A stretch of DNA of 55,111 nucleotides from Paraglomus brasilianum. Taxonomy: Eukaryota. Every line of letters begins with the position of its first letter. The first letter of the stretch is position 1. The position numbers and the translations under genes were made by a program. Below, piece by piece: positions 37,943 through 49,622 of the stretch. Where the stretch lies: the NCBI GenBank assembly GCA_910592345.1, contig CAJVPI010000096.1, positions 1 to 55,111 on the forward strand, given 5' to 3'. Under the pieces are notes generated by a model. That model was not told where the DNA came from, did not search any database, and worked only from the letters and a program-made list of their open reading frames with translations.

Positions 37943-39603
37943 TCAGACTGATCTATTTTTTTTACAAAGAGAATTTCCAAGCAGTGCTATTAATTTTATG
38001 AATATAACCGTAAATAGCAATATTATGATAATACCTTGCAGTATGAGGGCAAGTATTCTAAAAATATCATGAACACAATCATGCAAGAGTGGGATCAATA
38101 AAATTATAACAGCAAGCCTAAAAAATGATATGCTTATCTGTAAATAATTTAGTAGCTTTGTTTTAAATGGTCTAAAGCCTACTATTAAAGCAAGGTAGAT
38201 TGCTTCTGTACCAAACAAACAAATAATTTGTATAACACCATTTGTTTGGGCAGCTCCAATGGTGATGGCTCTAAGGAAATCATAGGTGAGTGTACATGCA
38301 AAGAACCAGATGCAAGTTTGTTGCACCTCGGGATCATCTCGGTATTGAGTGTAAAAGGCACTATAAATAAAGGTGTGGACTGGCATGTCCATTGCATCCC
38401 GATCAGACAACATGTCATGTAAAATTTTAAAACTACAAAAGGCTATTGTACTAAAAGAAATTAATGCAGCACTGATTGCAGCAAGCAAAAGCATAATCCA
38501 GCAGTCATTGTAAAGAGACAGCTGATAGGCTGCAAAAAGTGTTAAAGGATAATAGAATAAAAGTAGCTGGATATTTGGAAATAAAATATGTTAATGCTTA
38601 GTCAAGAGTAAAATAGAAAAACGCTCTTGATTAATTAAGTGTATATTTACCACTCGTAGCATTGTACCTTAAATATAAAATAAATAAAAGGTTGATAAAC
38701 GAAATTGACTAATCGCTACAAATTTTAAACCTATTGCTTACCGAGTACAAAGAGAAAAAGGTGATCTGCGATGGTTTCCAATGTGGGCCATTTTTCCCAT
38801 AGGAATTTGCATGAACGTGCCAATAAACCAAGTAAAAATGCAATGCTAGTTACAATCACCATGGCAGCGCAAAACATGATCATTACTATGAAAAATAAAT
38901 CATAGCCTGGAACATTTTGCGATTGTCCAAAAGCCGCGAAACCAGAAAAACGTGGATCGGAATGCAGCACCAAATTATCTACGCATCCATTATTGACGTC
39001 TTTCGAGCAGTTCTGAAGCACGTTACACAAGGTTCCTCGTATCTGCTTATCAACACCTTTGGATATTGCCGCACTGTCGACAAAGCTTGGCGGTAAGCCA
39101 CTTAACCATCCAATTCTGAACGCCAAATTTCGATAACTCGAACTAAGACAGGGCAAAGAAAGTAAAGCGGTAGTTATGAAAAACTGAGCAGCACGAAAGA
39201 TGTCGTATATTGAAGGGGGGATAAAATGTCGTCGAGAAATGGAAATGCTTTTCTTTTCTGCCCGCATTATAAACAACGCAATAATTGCTCCAAGTGCCAT
39301 TACGTTATAGATATGGGATAAAACGTCAGTCATCCAACTTGGCCAGCTCAAATGAAATGGTTCGGCGGCGGCAGGTTTAGGCGTTTCAGTCGGTGTAGCC
39401 GTCTCAGTCGGCATAATAGAAGTGCTCGTAGTCGTGTAAGTGACAACATTATCACGATGATTAAGCCCTCTTTTTGGAGCGATTTTGGGTGAAGATAGGT
39501 TAGATGTCAGCGGTTGGACTGGATTTACCAAAGCCTTTGCTATGTCGAGACACAATGTAATTATGAAACAAGTGTGAAGAATAGTAACAAATTTTACCAG
39601 CAT
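37943..39603 (-). CDS. TRP-like / FLC (flavin carrier, Pkd2) family membrane protein, about 500 aa; exons 39603-38742, 38667-38651, 38566-37943
   Basis: AQFFITTALLSL..YRNLAFRIGWLSGL, YSAFYTQYR..WF..Y.FLRAITIGAAQTNGVIQ..E..YL..RPF match the fungal TRP domain pattern. A 17-nt micro-exon (G-TMLRV) restores the frame. Confidence 0.82.
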
Positions 39604-40839
39604 CGTTTGCACGCTTAAGGTTTATAATCTATTAAAATGCAAATGATGCTAAAAGAAAAGAATCTGACTGCAAGTTGGACAAATTCGTTGTCTTATTCCG
39701 ATTTAGGCAATTTGTGAATGGCTTATTATTATTGATTTATTCCATTTTTGCTACCCCACATGTTGTAATCAGGAGCTTGTGAGTCATTGGTTAATGATTA
39801 ATCACGGAGAGAAACAACCATTTAGAGTTAACTAAATTTAGCTTAATTAAGTCTTATGTATTAATATGTCGTATGGAAATCCCTTCACTGTAAATTCTCC
39901 AGAGCAGTGTTTACATAGTGACGGGATTTACATACAAGTGATGCGATTTGCTCGTATATACCGGTACCTGTATAGAACAGCCAGTCTTACTTGCCTTGCA
40001 AAACTTATCGCCAACTTTGGGCACATGCAGGGTAGAACCCACAACGAGAATAATAATGGCGAAAGCGTCTCTTAGCAAGCAAACAATAGTTATCTTGCCA
40101 TGCTGCATATGTTTTGCATCATTGCCGTACTTGTGTCGGAAATTAGCAAACTCACTGACAAATGCTGGTATACATATCAAATAACAGCAGCGTTATCGTT
40201 TCCTTAAATAATGGACGTTGTCGGTTTGACTTGGCTTATCCCGGTAATTTCCGAGTAAGAACTCTATTAATATTAAAGTTTACGTCCATATTTATTTAAG
40301 ATTAAGTTGTCAATTGCCCCTTAAATTAACGACGTCTGAAGTGAGATAGATAATGGGGATGTTCTCCTACATACATGTTACACAGCGAAGCATTTTTTTT
40401 CTTTGTATTTCTACCGAATAAATTGCTGATTAATTGTCTGGTTAGATAGATTCACCCTACTCATTTTGAAAAAGTACAGACACTTAGTTAAATACATATA
40501 AAATAGCCCCTCCTGCAGCATATGTACAATCATATCATGTCATGCATAATTCTAGGCAATAATCAACACAAGCCTCTTAATCTGGCCTTACAAGTGTTAT
40601 AGATTGTGAATAATTGCTCCCCATCCCCATGAATTTGAGTAATATTGAATTAAATGAGCAATTAACTGCAACTGCCAACTTGGAATCAATTGTCAACCAA
40701 TGAATGCTATGTGGAGGGGACACTTCATGTTTTGTAACAGCCCGAGAAGATACTGAAACTGTCTTTTACTAACCGACAACCAAATTAATAAGCATTATGA
40801 AAGTTATGTTATGTCACCCAGATGATTTACTAGAATATA

Positions 40840-41426
40840 CAGACAAAACCCTCCAAGTGCACATTCTAACCCTAAATGCACGATCCCGAGCTTAGGACTT
40901 AATGATAAATGCACACTCCCTATTACTATCGTGAGGGACTTTTATTCACAACAAGGTGCTCGCTAACGCCCAGTTTGAGCTGTCACCCCCATTACTATAT
41001 CCGTGCAATGATTTCTAAATGTATGCACGTGATCAATATTTGTATTGACCAATTATATTATGGTTTCAGGTTGTTGATCTGCTAATTAGTCCGTGAATTG
41101 GAAAAACAGACCCAATGCAATGCAAGTTAATGACTTATTAGAGACATTTTTGATGAGGTGAACGCCGAAGAAATGGATGACAGTATTGAGATTCCTATTG
41201 TAAGCGCCAGTAATGCATTAAAAATGTACGATGGTTTGTTACAAGAAGACACAAGTGAGCAGATAAGACAGCTAAACATTTGTTAATGGAAGGAAAAGTA
41301 GTCAAACGAGACAAGCAAATCAATATAATAAACGTCCATATTATCATATATACGGTGTTACACAAATTACTATTTTCCCTAAATGCACACCCTCTAAATG
41401 CACGCCATGGTCTGGTCCCTTGTCTG
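40840..41426 (+). mobile_element. Non-autonomous pogo derivative retaining the transposase C-terminal fragment
   Basis: TA|CAGACAA ... TTGTCTG|TA. TAAATGCAC subrepeats near both ends. Internal DEVNAEEMDDSIEIPIVSASNAL..LLQ resembles the acidic pogo tail. Confidence 0.65.
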
Positions 41427-41577
41427 TAAGCAGTTCATGTGTAACCGAATAGATGCGTCGTGTTAACCTGATTAGAACTCAAGGCTAACCGAGTAAGTAA
41501 CCAAGGCTCATTAATTCGCATGATTATTATTATTATTATACAAACCTTGGACTTCTTTATAACTAACCGTTCAAACG

Positions 41578-43785
41578 ATGATTTCACTATCGGAGATAAT
41601 AGTATCACCGCACGTTCTAGTACTGTTCGTTGTTGGACTTGTTGTGATAATCTATCGGCTTCGACGTCCAAAACTTGTGAGTTAATGTCGTATGGCAGGT
41701 GTCCTGAATAACGTGCACTGAAACTTCTTTGATATTTGCATAGAACGAGCCTCCACTCGTACCTTACAAGTATCCGTTTGTTGGACATTCTTTTGAAATT
41801 AAGCGAAATCCTGAGGAGTTTATCAAACAATGTCATAAGAAGGTATCATTATCATTGCAGCAAGGATGATATGCATTTTTGTTTGTTTAAAACTGAACTA
41901 TATTGATTTTGTAGCACGGAGATATATTTTCGCTTTATGCATCTCGCCAGATTTACACTGTTGTCAGCAATGATCTAGCCTATGAAATGTTGAGGTCATC
42001 CGATTTTAGTTTCAGGAGCGCGTCTGACCAAGTATGTTGGTTCATGATCGCACAAGCATTCACTCATTTATTGCTTAAGGGCATATTTATTCACTCTACT
42101 TGTTAATCAGAGATTCCCGTTTTACGACATCATTGGATCTACCTTGTATCCAGATTTTACTGATAACATATCTGCGATGCTCATGGATAGGTTATACAGG
42201 CATCTTGGTGATTATCAGCCCCGCATCTACCGCGAGCTACAAAATGGTATAGATCAGTTGATTGGGGACTGTAAGGAAACTAAAGTAATTGAGAATCCTG
42301 GGCATATAATAAGGACCATTATCGCGCGGACAGTTGCAAATGTGATTGTTGGTGAGGTAGATATTGTGCTGGTTGAGATGTGCGATTTTTATTAGACCAA
42401 TTGTAAATCAATACCATTTCTCAGACGCTGTGTAGAGATCCTGAAGTCGTGGAAACATTTGCAACATTTGCAACTATGTTAGTGCAGAATAGAAAACTTT
42501 CCAACTTTGCATACTTTATTCATCCTAGTCTCCACAGAAAATATGTGAAGTGAGTCTATAAGACTTTTGTTGCTGGGATCGTAATGGCATGGTTCCAACA
42601 ATAGTATTAATAATTAATACCATACGTCTTGTTAACTTACTCAACTCCAGATTGATCTTTAAATACGGTGACAACCCAGTACAAAAGCATAAGGATCTAT
42701 TAATAAGGAAGTTAAAGCCCATTTTTGAGAAACATCAGCGAGACATGCAACAGCATGGAAATGAATGGAAATGTTCCGTAAGTAAATTTGATTCTCAGTT
42801 TCTATTAACAAATAAGTTATGCGGATTATTAATTATCGAGCACACATAGGATGATCTTATTCAAAGAATTATCAACCACTCCCTTGAATTATTTGATGAA
42901 ATTCAATATGATTACATAACATGCTATTTGTTGACTCTCATATTGGCTGGAATACACACCGTGAGTACAAGTATTTTGAATGCTCTTAACGGTAAGTAAG
43001 GTTGAAAAATACAGTATCTATTTATTAATTGTAGCGATGAAGAATTAAATTAGATGCCTACGTGTTTATTATAACTAGATTTTGCGGGAAGACCAGAGTA
43101 CTGGAAAGATCTAAGAGAAGAACAAGAATCCATAGCGGGTGATTTTGAATCTGATTTGAGTGTAAAACAAATAAACGAAATGAAAAAATTGGATAGTTTT
43201 ATCAAGGAGTCCATTCGTCTTGTGGGGCATGTCTGTGAGTATTTTATTTAAGAGAAAAATAAATGGTTTCAACGTGTTTAACGTTTCTTCTATAATATTT
43301 TATATTTAGTGGCTCTCCCCCATCGTCTAATGAGCTCATCGTACACATTCAATAACGGATATCAGGTTCCCAAAGGCATGCTATCACGCTAAATTTTCAA
43401 TCAATTTATTAGTCATCACTATCTAGCTTACAATCTAATGGTTTCTCGACCATATATTTTCTAAGGCCGCCTTGTGTTCGTGAACCATCTCGCCTACGTG
43501 TCTAATCCCTCTCTACATGGTGATAATCCAGAGACATTTTCTGGATTTAGATATGTCGACAAAGATCCATTTGCCATGGTTGGTAGGACATCAATAGCAT
43601 TTGGTCTAGGAAAACATGCGTGTCCAGGTAGATGGTTTGCCGTTAACAATATTAAGACAGCAATGTCAATTCTTATTAGAAAGTATGAGATTAGCAGTCT
43701 TGACGGGAAGCGACCGAAAAATATTTCAGCGCATGGATCTATCATAATTGCTTCGGTGCCTTTGAAGTTTAAAAACAGAAAGTAA
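41578..43785 (+). CDS. Cytochrome P450, 498 aa; exons 41578-41676, 41744-41842, 41915-42031, 42111-42356, 42425-42549, 42651-42777, 42850-42991, 43079-43234, 43310-43375, 43466-43785
   Basis: N-terminal TM anchor, NEPPLVPYKYPFVGH, I-helix LAGIHT, KLDSFIKESIR (ExxR), PETFSGFRY, heme motif FGLGKHACPGRWFA. All nine introns are phase-compatible; the last is GC-AG. Confidence 0.95.
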
Positions 43786-44288
43786 CATAGTGAGGGCGAT
43801 GCAGACGAGAATTTGAAACAGCTGTTATTTTGTATACCCAATACTTTTTGAGAAATACGTCTGTAAGTTTGAATAAACAATTTTTGCAAAACGCTGGTAT
43901 TTCGTACGTAAGTAAACAACATATCGGTTTTACAAAAAATACTGTTCGCTCATTCAAAAAAAAACCTCGTTTGCAAATGTATTTAGTTTGAAAAGAAGCA
44001 ACATAAGAACCTTTGTCTCATTTTCAGAATACAACAGTTCAAATTCAATACAGTGAAATTATTAATTAATATGTGAGAGGGAGTAACATTTACAGTATAT
44101 TGGGAAGCGATTGGTCTATAGTATACATTATACAGTGCTTGCTGCTATGAGAGTTTTTAGAAAATTTACGCAATAAGTATGATTATGATGTAAACGATGG
44201 ACGTGAGATATTACATACTGTATCTGTTGCCTAGAAAATAGAATTGGTGAACGCGGATAGGAAGAACTTGACTGAGGACTATTAGGCT

Positions 44289-44344
44289 TGTACTTCTAGA
44301 CTGAGACAACTGAACTGAGACAGGTCCCCAACTCAGACACAACA
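44289..44344. mobile_element. TGTTG...CAACA mini-element, copy 2 (truncated)
   Basis: TTCTAGACTGAGACAACTGAACTGAGACAGGTCCCCAACTCAGACACAACA matches the right half of the 30301 element. Confidence 0.7.
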
Positions 44345-44681
44345 ATTCTAACAATTGTCCTTCGGTTCTTTTCCGTAACGCTGAAATACTTTTGGTAGTG
44401 TATAACTCCAAGACATTTTATCTTCAAATTTTCTACGTCCTCACAATTTGTGGCCGGTCTCTCTCCTTTCTATCAAGACTATTTCGCTTTTTATTTGACC
44501 AATATAAAAACCACCAGTAATATTGTCTAACATTTAACAGTTGCTGGAATTCAACATGCATGCATGTGTTCTTCTGAAAGTTTACGAGGAACCTAAATTT
44601 CACAAATTTTGTAAACCTAGATTATTATACAAAAATGGCAACTCTTCCATAAATCATGCCTGCTTGATCCAGTGCCTGCTG

Positions 44682-44750
44682 TGTACCTGTCTCAGTCCAG
44701 AACTCAGTTGTCTCAGTCTAGAACTGAGACAGGTCCCCAACTGAGCAACA
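44682..44750. mobile_element. TGTTG...CAACA mini-element, copy 3 (partial, opposite orientation)
   Basis: ACCTGTCTCAGTCCAGAACTCAGTTGTCTCAGTCTAGAACTGAGACAGGTCCCCAACTGAGCAACA. Confidence 0.72.
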
Positions 44751-45171
44751 ATATCCACTATTACGTTACTGTCAGGACAACCATTAAGTAATGACGGACG
44801 TATATTTCTCTCGAGTATTTCTCTGACAGTAGTACGACCGTCGCCTACATCATGAATTCGGGAATGTTGTCTGCCTAGTTGCAACACAGTACAATAATAA
44901 TAGTAATAAATGCTAAGAATAAAAATGTAGCGAGCGCAATACTTTCAGATATATAAGTAGCGTAACTTTCCGTTAGTTCCATGTTTACGTTTTACATAAA
45001 TATTAATAATGTAGTTTTTATAATTCGTTCTTGATAATTAATTCGGTAGAGCGCGAACCAATCCCTCATCGATTAAGAATAATTGATACTCGTTCTTCGA
45101 ATACCTAGTAGCATTATGATTACTGTTTATTTAAATAATCATGATAGCTATATATAGTTTGCAATAAAATA

Positions 45172-45665
45172 GATGCCACAACTTGGGCCGACACAGACCG
45201 TGAGTAGTAAAACTTGTTTAAAGTCACTAACCGTCGAATTGTATTTAACTAAATAGAGACTGAAAGAAGTTAAATTCCAATGTCAATTATTATTTGCTCT
45301 CCTTTACCGTTGACACGACATTACTAAGCAGTTCAAAGTAGACGAGCAGAATTTTCTCCTTCAAATCTTGCCTTTTTGTAATTTACTTGGTTTATATATA
45401 CAGTATTTCCTCAAATCAGAAATATTAAAGAAAAAGATTTAAATAATATTAAAGACTTGGAAACGGCAGTTCAAGTAAGTGTTACTGATATCCTAAAGAA
45501 TAGAACCTTACTAGAGTTGACTACAACGTTGTATAGTGTTTCCGCCAGACTTACTTGAAAAAAAAATTATAGTCTATTCACAAACTTTTGGTATTCTCAC
45601 ATATTAGTCGAAAATCTCAATAGAACATCCTACACCATTGATGGATTCTGACAGAGATTGTACCG
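45172..45665 (+). pseudogene. Spliced gene relic with premature stops
   Basis: AG/GT-bounded segments read RLKEVKFQCQLLFALLYR*HDITKQFKVDEQNFLLQILPF / FPQIRNIKEKDLNNIKDLETAVQ|gtaagt / SIHKLLVFSHISRKSQ*NILHH*WILTEIVP|gtacgt. Confidence 0.35.
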
Positions 45666-46182
45666 GTACGTACTATTTCAATTGTTAATCGGAACTGATA
45701 TGTAAAGCTATTTCTCACAAATTATTTGACAAAAAGACATTAATAGATCAGTTATCGCTATCTGTAAATCGATTAAAAATGAACTTATTAAAAACATAGT
45801 GCAAATAAACGTTTTCTATTATTGGCTTATAATCTTAAGTAGGCAGTGTATTATTTGTAGGCCAATAAATTTTACGTATCTTTGTTGTATCACGAAACTC
45901 GGGTAATAACAATAAGTAGAAACCTGTGTCGGGTTTAGCCATGTCAGCTATTTACAAATTTATTCTAATGTGATAAAATTGCTGTGAGACAAAAATTGGC
46001 TAGTCAGGCAGACATTCTATCAGATATTTCAACAGTCGTGGTCTATAGTTATGCTGATCAACTACCAGCCGCGTACGTTTCTCTCGAATAACCACAGTAA
46101 AGTAATTTCTATCTCAGAATTTATTAACTACAATTTTACCTTACTAGTCTTTTTTGGAGGAGCATTTAAGAAACCATTACTA

Positions 46183-47483
46183 CGTGGGGTGGTTGAAAAG
46201 TTTTGATGTTTGATTTTTACTCAAAAAAAAAAGAATAAATAAGTGTGAGCTCGAAACTTCGCTTGAAAAAATTTTATTCTAATTATTTTACTGGCTCTGT
46301 GATAAATTTTTTAAAAACTCGATAGCAAAACAAATGGCTTTATTAGTTACCCATAAAAATCGTAGATTCTTTATTTTTACTTGCCGAGAAACTTTATCAA
46401 CTTTTGTCACACGCATGGGAATAATGTATCTTCAATTGTGACAGTTAGAAGGTGAATCAATAAATTGACAATGGGGAAGAAAACCATGCTCAGAAGGGTC
46501 CAAGGAGGCTGTTAATTAGAAAAAATATCGATGCAATTGAAGGAGTTGCCAACAAAAAATCCTTATATAACAATGCGAGAATTAGTAAATAGCATAGGAA
46601 CTGTCATTATAAATAATAAACGTCTTCGAAATCAGAGGCAGAAAAACGGTGCAAAAATGTCATGATAATGCACTGTCACATGAGCATCACTTAGTTATAC
46701 AGTTGAAGCTGTTTATAGTGAATCTGGTTAAACGGAACTTCTATTGTGGACTGTCACACAAACATAGCGGGGAAATTATTGTATGATTAGGCCATTAGCC
46801 AAATTTAGTCAGAGTTATCGGGGTTAGTGTGCTGTAATCATTATGTAACGTCTAATTCATAATTGGACAATCCTTACTGATAAAGATGTAATAGAATTAG
46901 TAATCGGGAGGAGATGAGTAGCGAAAGTGAAGCTAAAACGTTAGAAACAATAAGTAATAGAACAGCCAGTACATCAATCGACACTGTCTTAAAATTTTTG
47001 TATCAACAAGGACCAGAATTTGGCAAGGTTGCCGAAGAAGTAAAGATTTTGAGAGCATTACGCAGACGGGTGGAGCTAGTCATTCAGAAAAATCTTAAAC
47101 AAGTTAGTCTTCACCATTTTGATCGAACATTAGTTGGGAGTTCTTTTTTATAGTAGTTGGGGGAATTGATAAACATTGTTGCACGTGTGTATTGTATGTC
47201 ACATGACTTTTGCTATAGTGAATGCTGGCTATAGTGAACTAAAAGCCTCAGTTCACTATAAACAACTTCAACTGTAAACTTGTTACAACAGAGCAAATGT
47301 ATCTGCTCCCTCATACTCTTTACAGTTTGGATTTATTTCCCTGCAATTTTTTCTTATTTCCAAGGATCCTTCGAAAATTGGAAGGGACGGCTGAAACGAT
47401 TAGAAAACTATTTTGAAGGACTTGTGTAAAATTATATGTCTGTGAAATACAATTATGCGATCAAAATTTTCAACCAACTCACG
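46183..47483 (+). mobile_element. Internally deleted mariner-like (DD34D-type) element, interrupted by a pogo MITE
   Basis: TA|CGTGGGGTGGTTGAAAAGTTTTGAT ... ATCAAAATTTTCAACCAACTCACG|TA. Relic motifs HDNALSH (about 46660), LPHTLYSLDLFPCNFFLFP (about 47305; compare HPPYSPDLAPCDFFLFP) and FENWKGRL..YFEG. Confidence 0.8.
46700..47274 (+). mobile_element. pogo-type non-autonomous element carrying the transposase C-terminal fragment
   Basis: TA|CAGTTGAAGCTGTTTATAGTGAA ... TTCACTATAAACAACTTCAACTG|TA (22/23 TIR match). ORF 46914-47153 (LKFLYQQGPEFG..LKQVSLHHF) resembles a pogo tail. Confidence 0.85.
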
Positions 47484-48171
47484 TATTTATTACTCACGAA
47501 AGTGCGCATTTGAATAGCTTTGAGATCACATGATTAAACATTTAGAGTCACACAACAAGGACCTTTTGTCGATATTTAAACAGTGTACACTTTCATGTTA
47601 GCGCTGTTACCGTTTGCATTATTTATATCCGGGATATTAACAAAGAGAGACGCATAATTAGGCCAATGAATTAGTTTATGTTTATAAATTTGCTTTATTT
47701 CTTGTTATTAAATACCAATAAAAACCGGAGCTCTTGTATATTTACCTCACACAACACACAGATATTGTAAAGAAAACCCAAGAAGAATAATCTACTCGTT
47801 TTATATTCTTGGGCTATACGCAGTATGGTAAATCAAACTATTATCCACACAGCAGCAATTCTATCCACAATCCCCCAAAGAAGAATACACAATAACGCGG
47901 GCGAACTACACATACCCACCTGACTATAAGCTACCACCAGAAACATATGAATATGCATCAGCTGCACAATTAGACAACGGTGGGTTCCTCCAACCCAACT
48001 AGTTACAGAGGGAGGTCGACATATACTCAAAAGAGTTCTCTGCCTCTCGACCGAAGGGAGAAAAGAAAATTGCTGTCGTAAAATCATTGCAAGTTGTGTG
48101 TGACATCATTTGCTGCATTATGACTACAGTTGACATCATCGGCTGACAGAGAGCCTTAGTATGTATGTAAA

Positions 48172-48290
48172 TGTTGCACCTCAGTTCGGGGAACCATCTC
48201 AGTCCAGAACTCACATTTCAGTTGTCTCGGTCCAGAGCTCAGTCATCTCAGTCCAGAACTGAGACAAAAGTCCCGAACTGAGGTACAGCA
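48172..48290. mobile_element. TGTTG...CAACA mini-element, copy 4
   Basis: TGTTGCACCTCAGTTCGGG ... CCCGAACTGAGGTACAGCA, with internal CTCAGTCCAGAACT units. Confidence 0.78.
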
Positions 48291-49239
48291 TAAGTAAGGG
48301 TACCGTATTTGTTGTTTAATATCTTCATCAAGCGTGGAACCATGATTGTCATTTATGCAACCACGAGTATTGTTGATGTTGCTAACCTTATATCGGGGTA
48401 GTCTAAATCCAATACGACAATAAGTATATAGTCAACAAGTGTGGCTTAACTGGTAACTAGCCAGAACCAATCCTAATCGATTATACGTTGAAGCGCAAGC
48501 CTAAAAGTAATCACATACACGATCGCTATTTAAACATTAGTTGTCCCAATCTGTAATCTTCGATTAAGACTTTTCTTTGAGTAACGTACAGTATATTTCC
48601 TGGAAAAAAAATAGAATTAGTGTAACTATCGCTCTTTGACAGCGGTCTAGTTAAGCACTTGTAGTTACTTATAGCGAGTTGCCCACTTATATACCAGACA
48701 TAGTCTATCTCTATCCTTCGAATTATACGATTATCTTGCAGCGTTGTGTAATGGAAATGAACATCGCTATTTATATTTATATTAGGAGGAATTTAACATA
48801 AGTAGATGTCTAACAGAATCGCAATAGCCAAACCCTTATGCTTGTGATTCTTAATTGGTGCCGGTCTATTTATTCGATAATAATAAATATGATGAACTGC
48901 AGAGAATAACATGTAGATTGTAACTTTAATGAGATCGTGTAGATTGTTATTGGTGAACATATTCTCGCATGAACGAATAATATTCATTGTTTCCAAGTAA
49001 TAGTAGCATCATTATTGCGTTGTTATGGTATAAACACACAAATTTATGGTTATAGTCTATAAAGTGTATACCATTCTACGCACGATTTGTATCACGAGCT
49101 GCTTTACCCTTTCAAAATACTTTGCGTATGTTTTACAGATAGTTTATATGCCATCGCGATCAATTAATAATCTTCTCTCAACAATTTGGTCATAATCTTA
49201 TAATTTCTTTTCAAGCCTTGTTTAGTTCTGAGAATACAA

Positions 49240-49290
49240 ACACCCACACCCACCCACTCACACACACATACATATATATACATATATATT
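49240..49290. repeat. Compound (CA)/(TA) microsatellite
   Basis: cacccacacccacccactcacacacatacatatatatacatatatat. Confidence 0.7.
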
Positions 49291-49622
49291 TGCAGTATGT
49301 TGAGGGGTGAGAGTATACGATGCGCGTGTGAACATTCAACAACTCTGAGAATTTAGTTTCTTCGAGTTAGATAAAATCTTCTCAATAAATATGATTGGCC
49401 TTTTAAAGGTTTCCAAGCACGATTGTCTGGCGTTCGTTTATTCCCTCAACGGGCTCTTTTTTTTTTTTTTTTGTTTCAATACAACGACACGACATTGTTT
49501 ACTGAGTACAAAAGCTATCCATCGAATTCTTTCCAATTTAACATTTCGCCAGTCATCAAATAACGTGATTAGCACATAAATATAAATTCTACGATCCGTT
49601 AGAAACTGCTTTCAGACCACAC

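Noticed and set aside
39866..40184. Three overlapping short ORFs upstream of the TRP-like gene
   Set aside because: No recognisable motifs or splice pattern; consistent with chance ORFs.
37943..43785. P450 plus membrane protein as a secondary-metabolite cluster
   Set aside because: No PKS, NRPS, terpene synthase or other tailoring enzymes in the window.
47780..48214. Hydrophobic minus-strand ORFs
   Set aside because: Partly derived from the mini-element, with stops in all frames; no family recognised.
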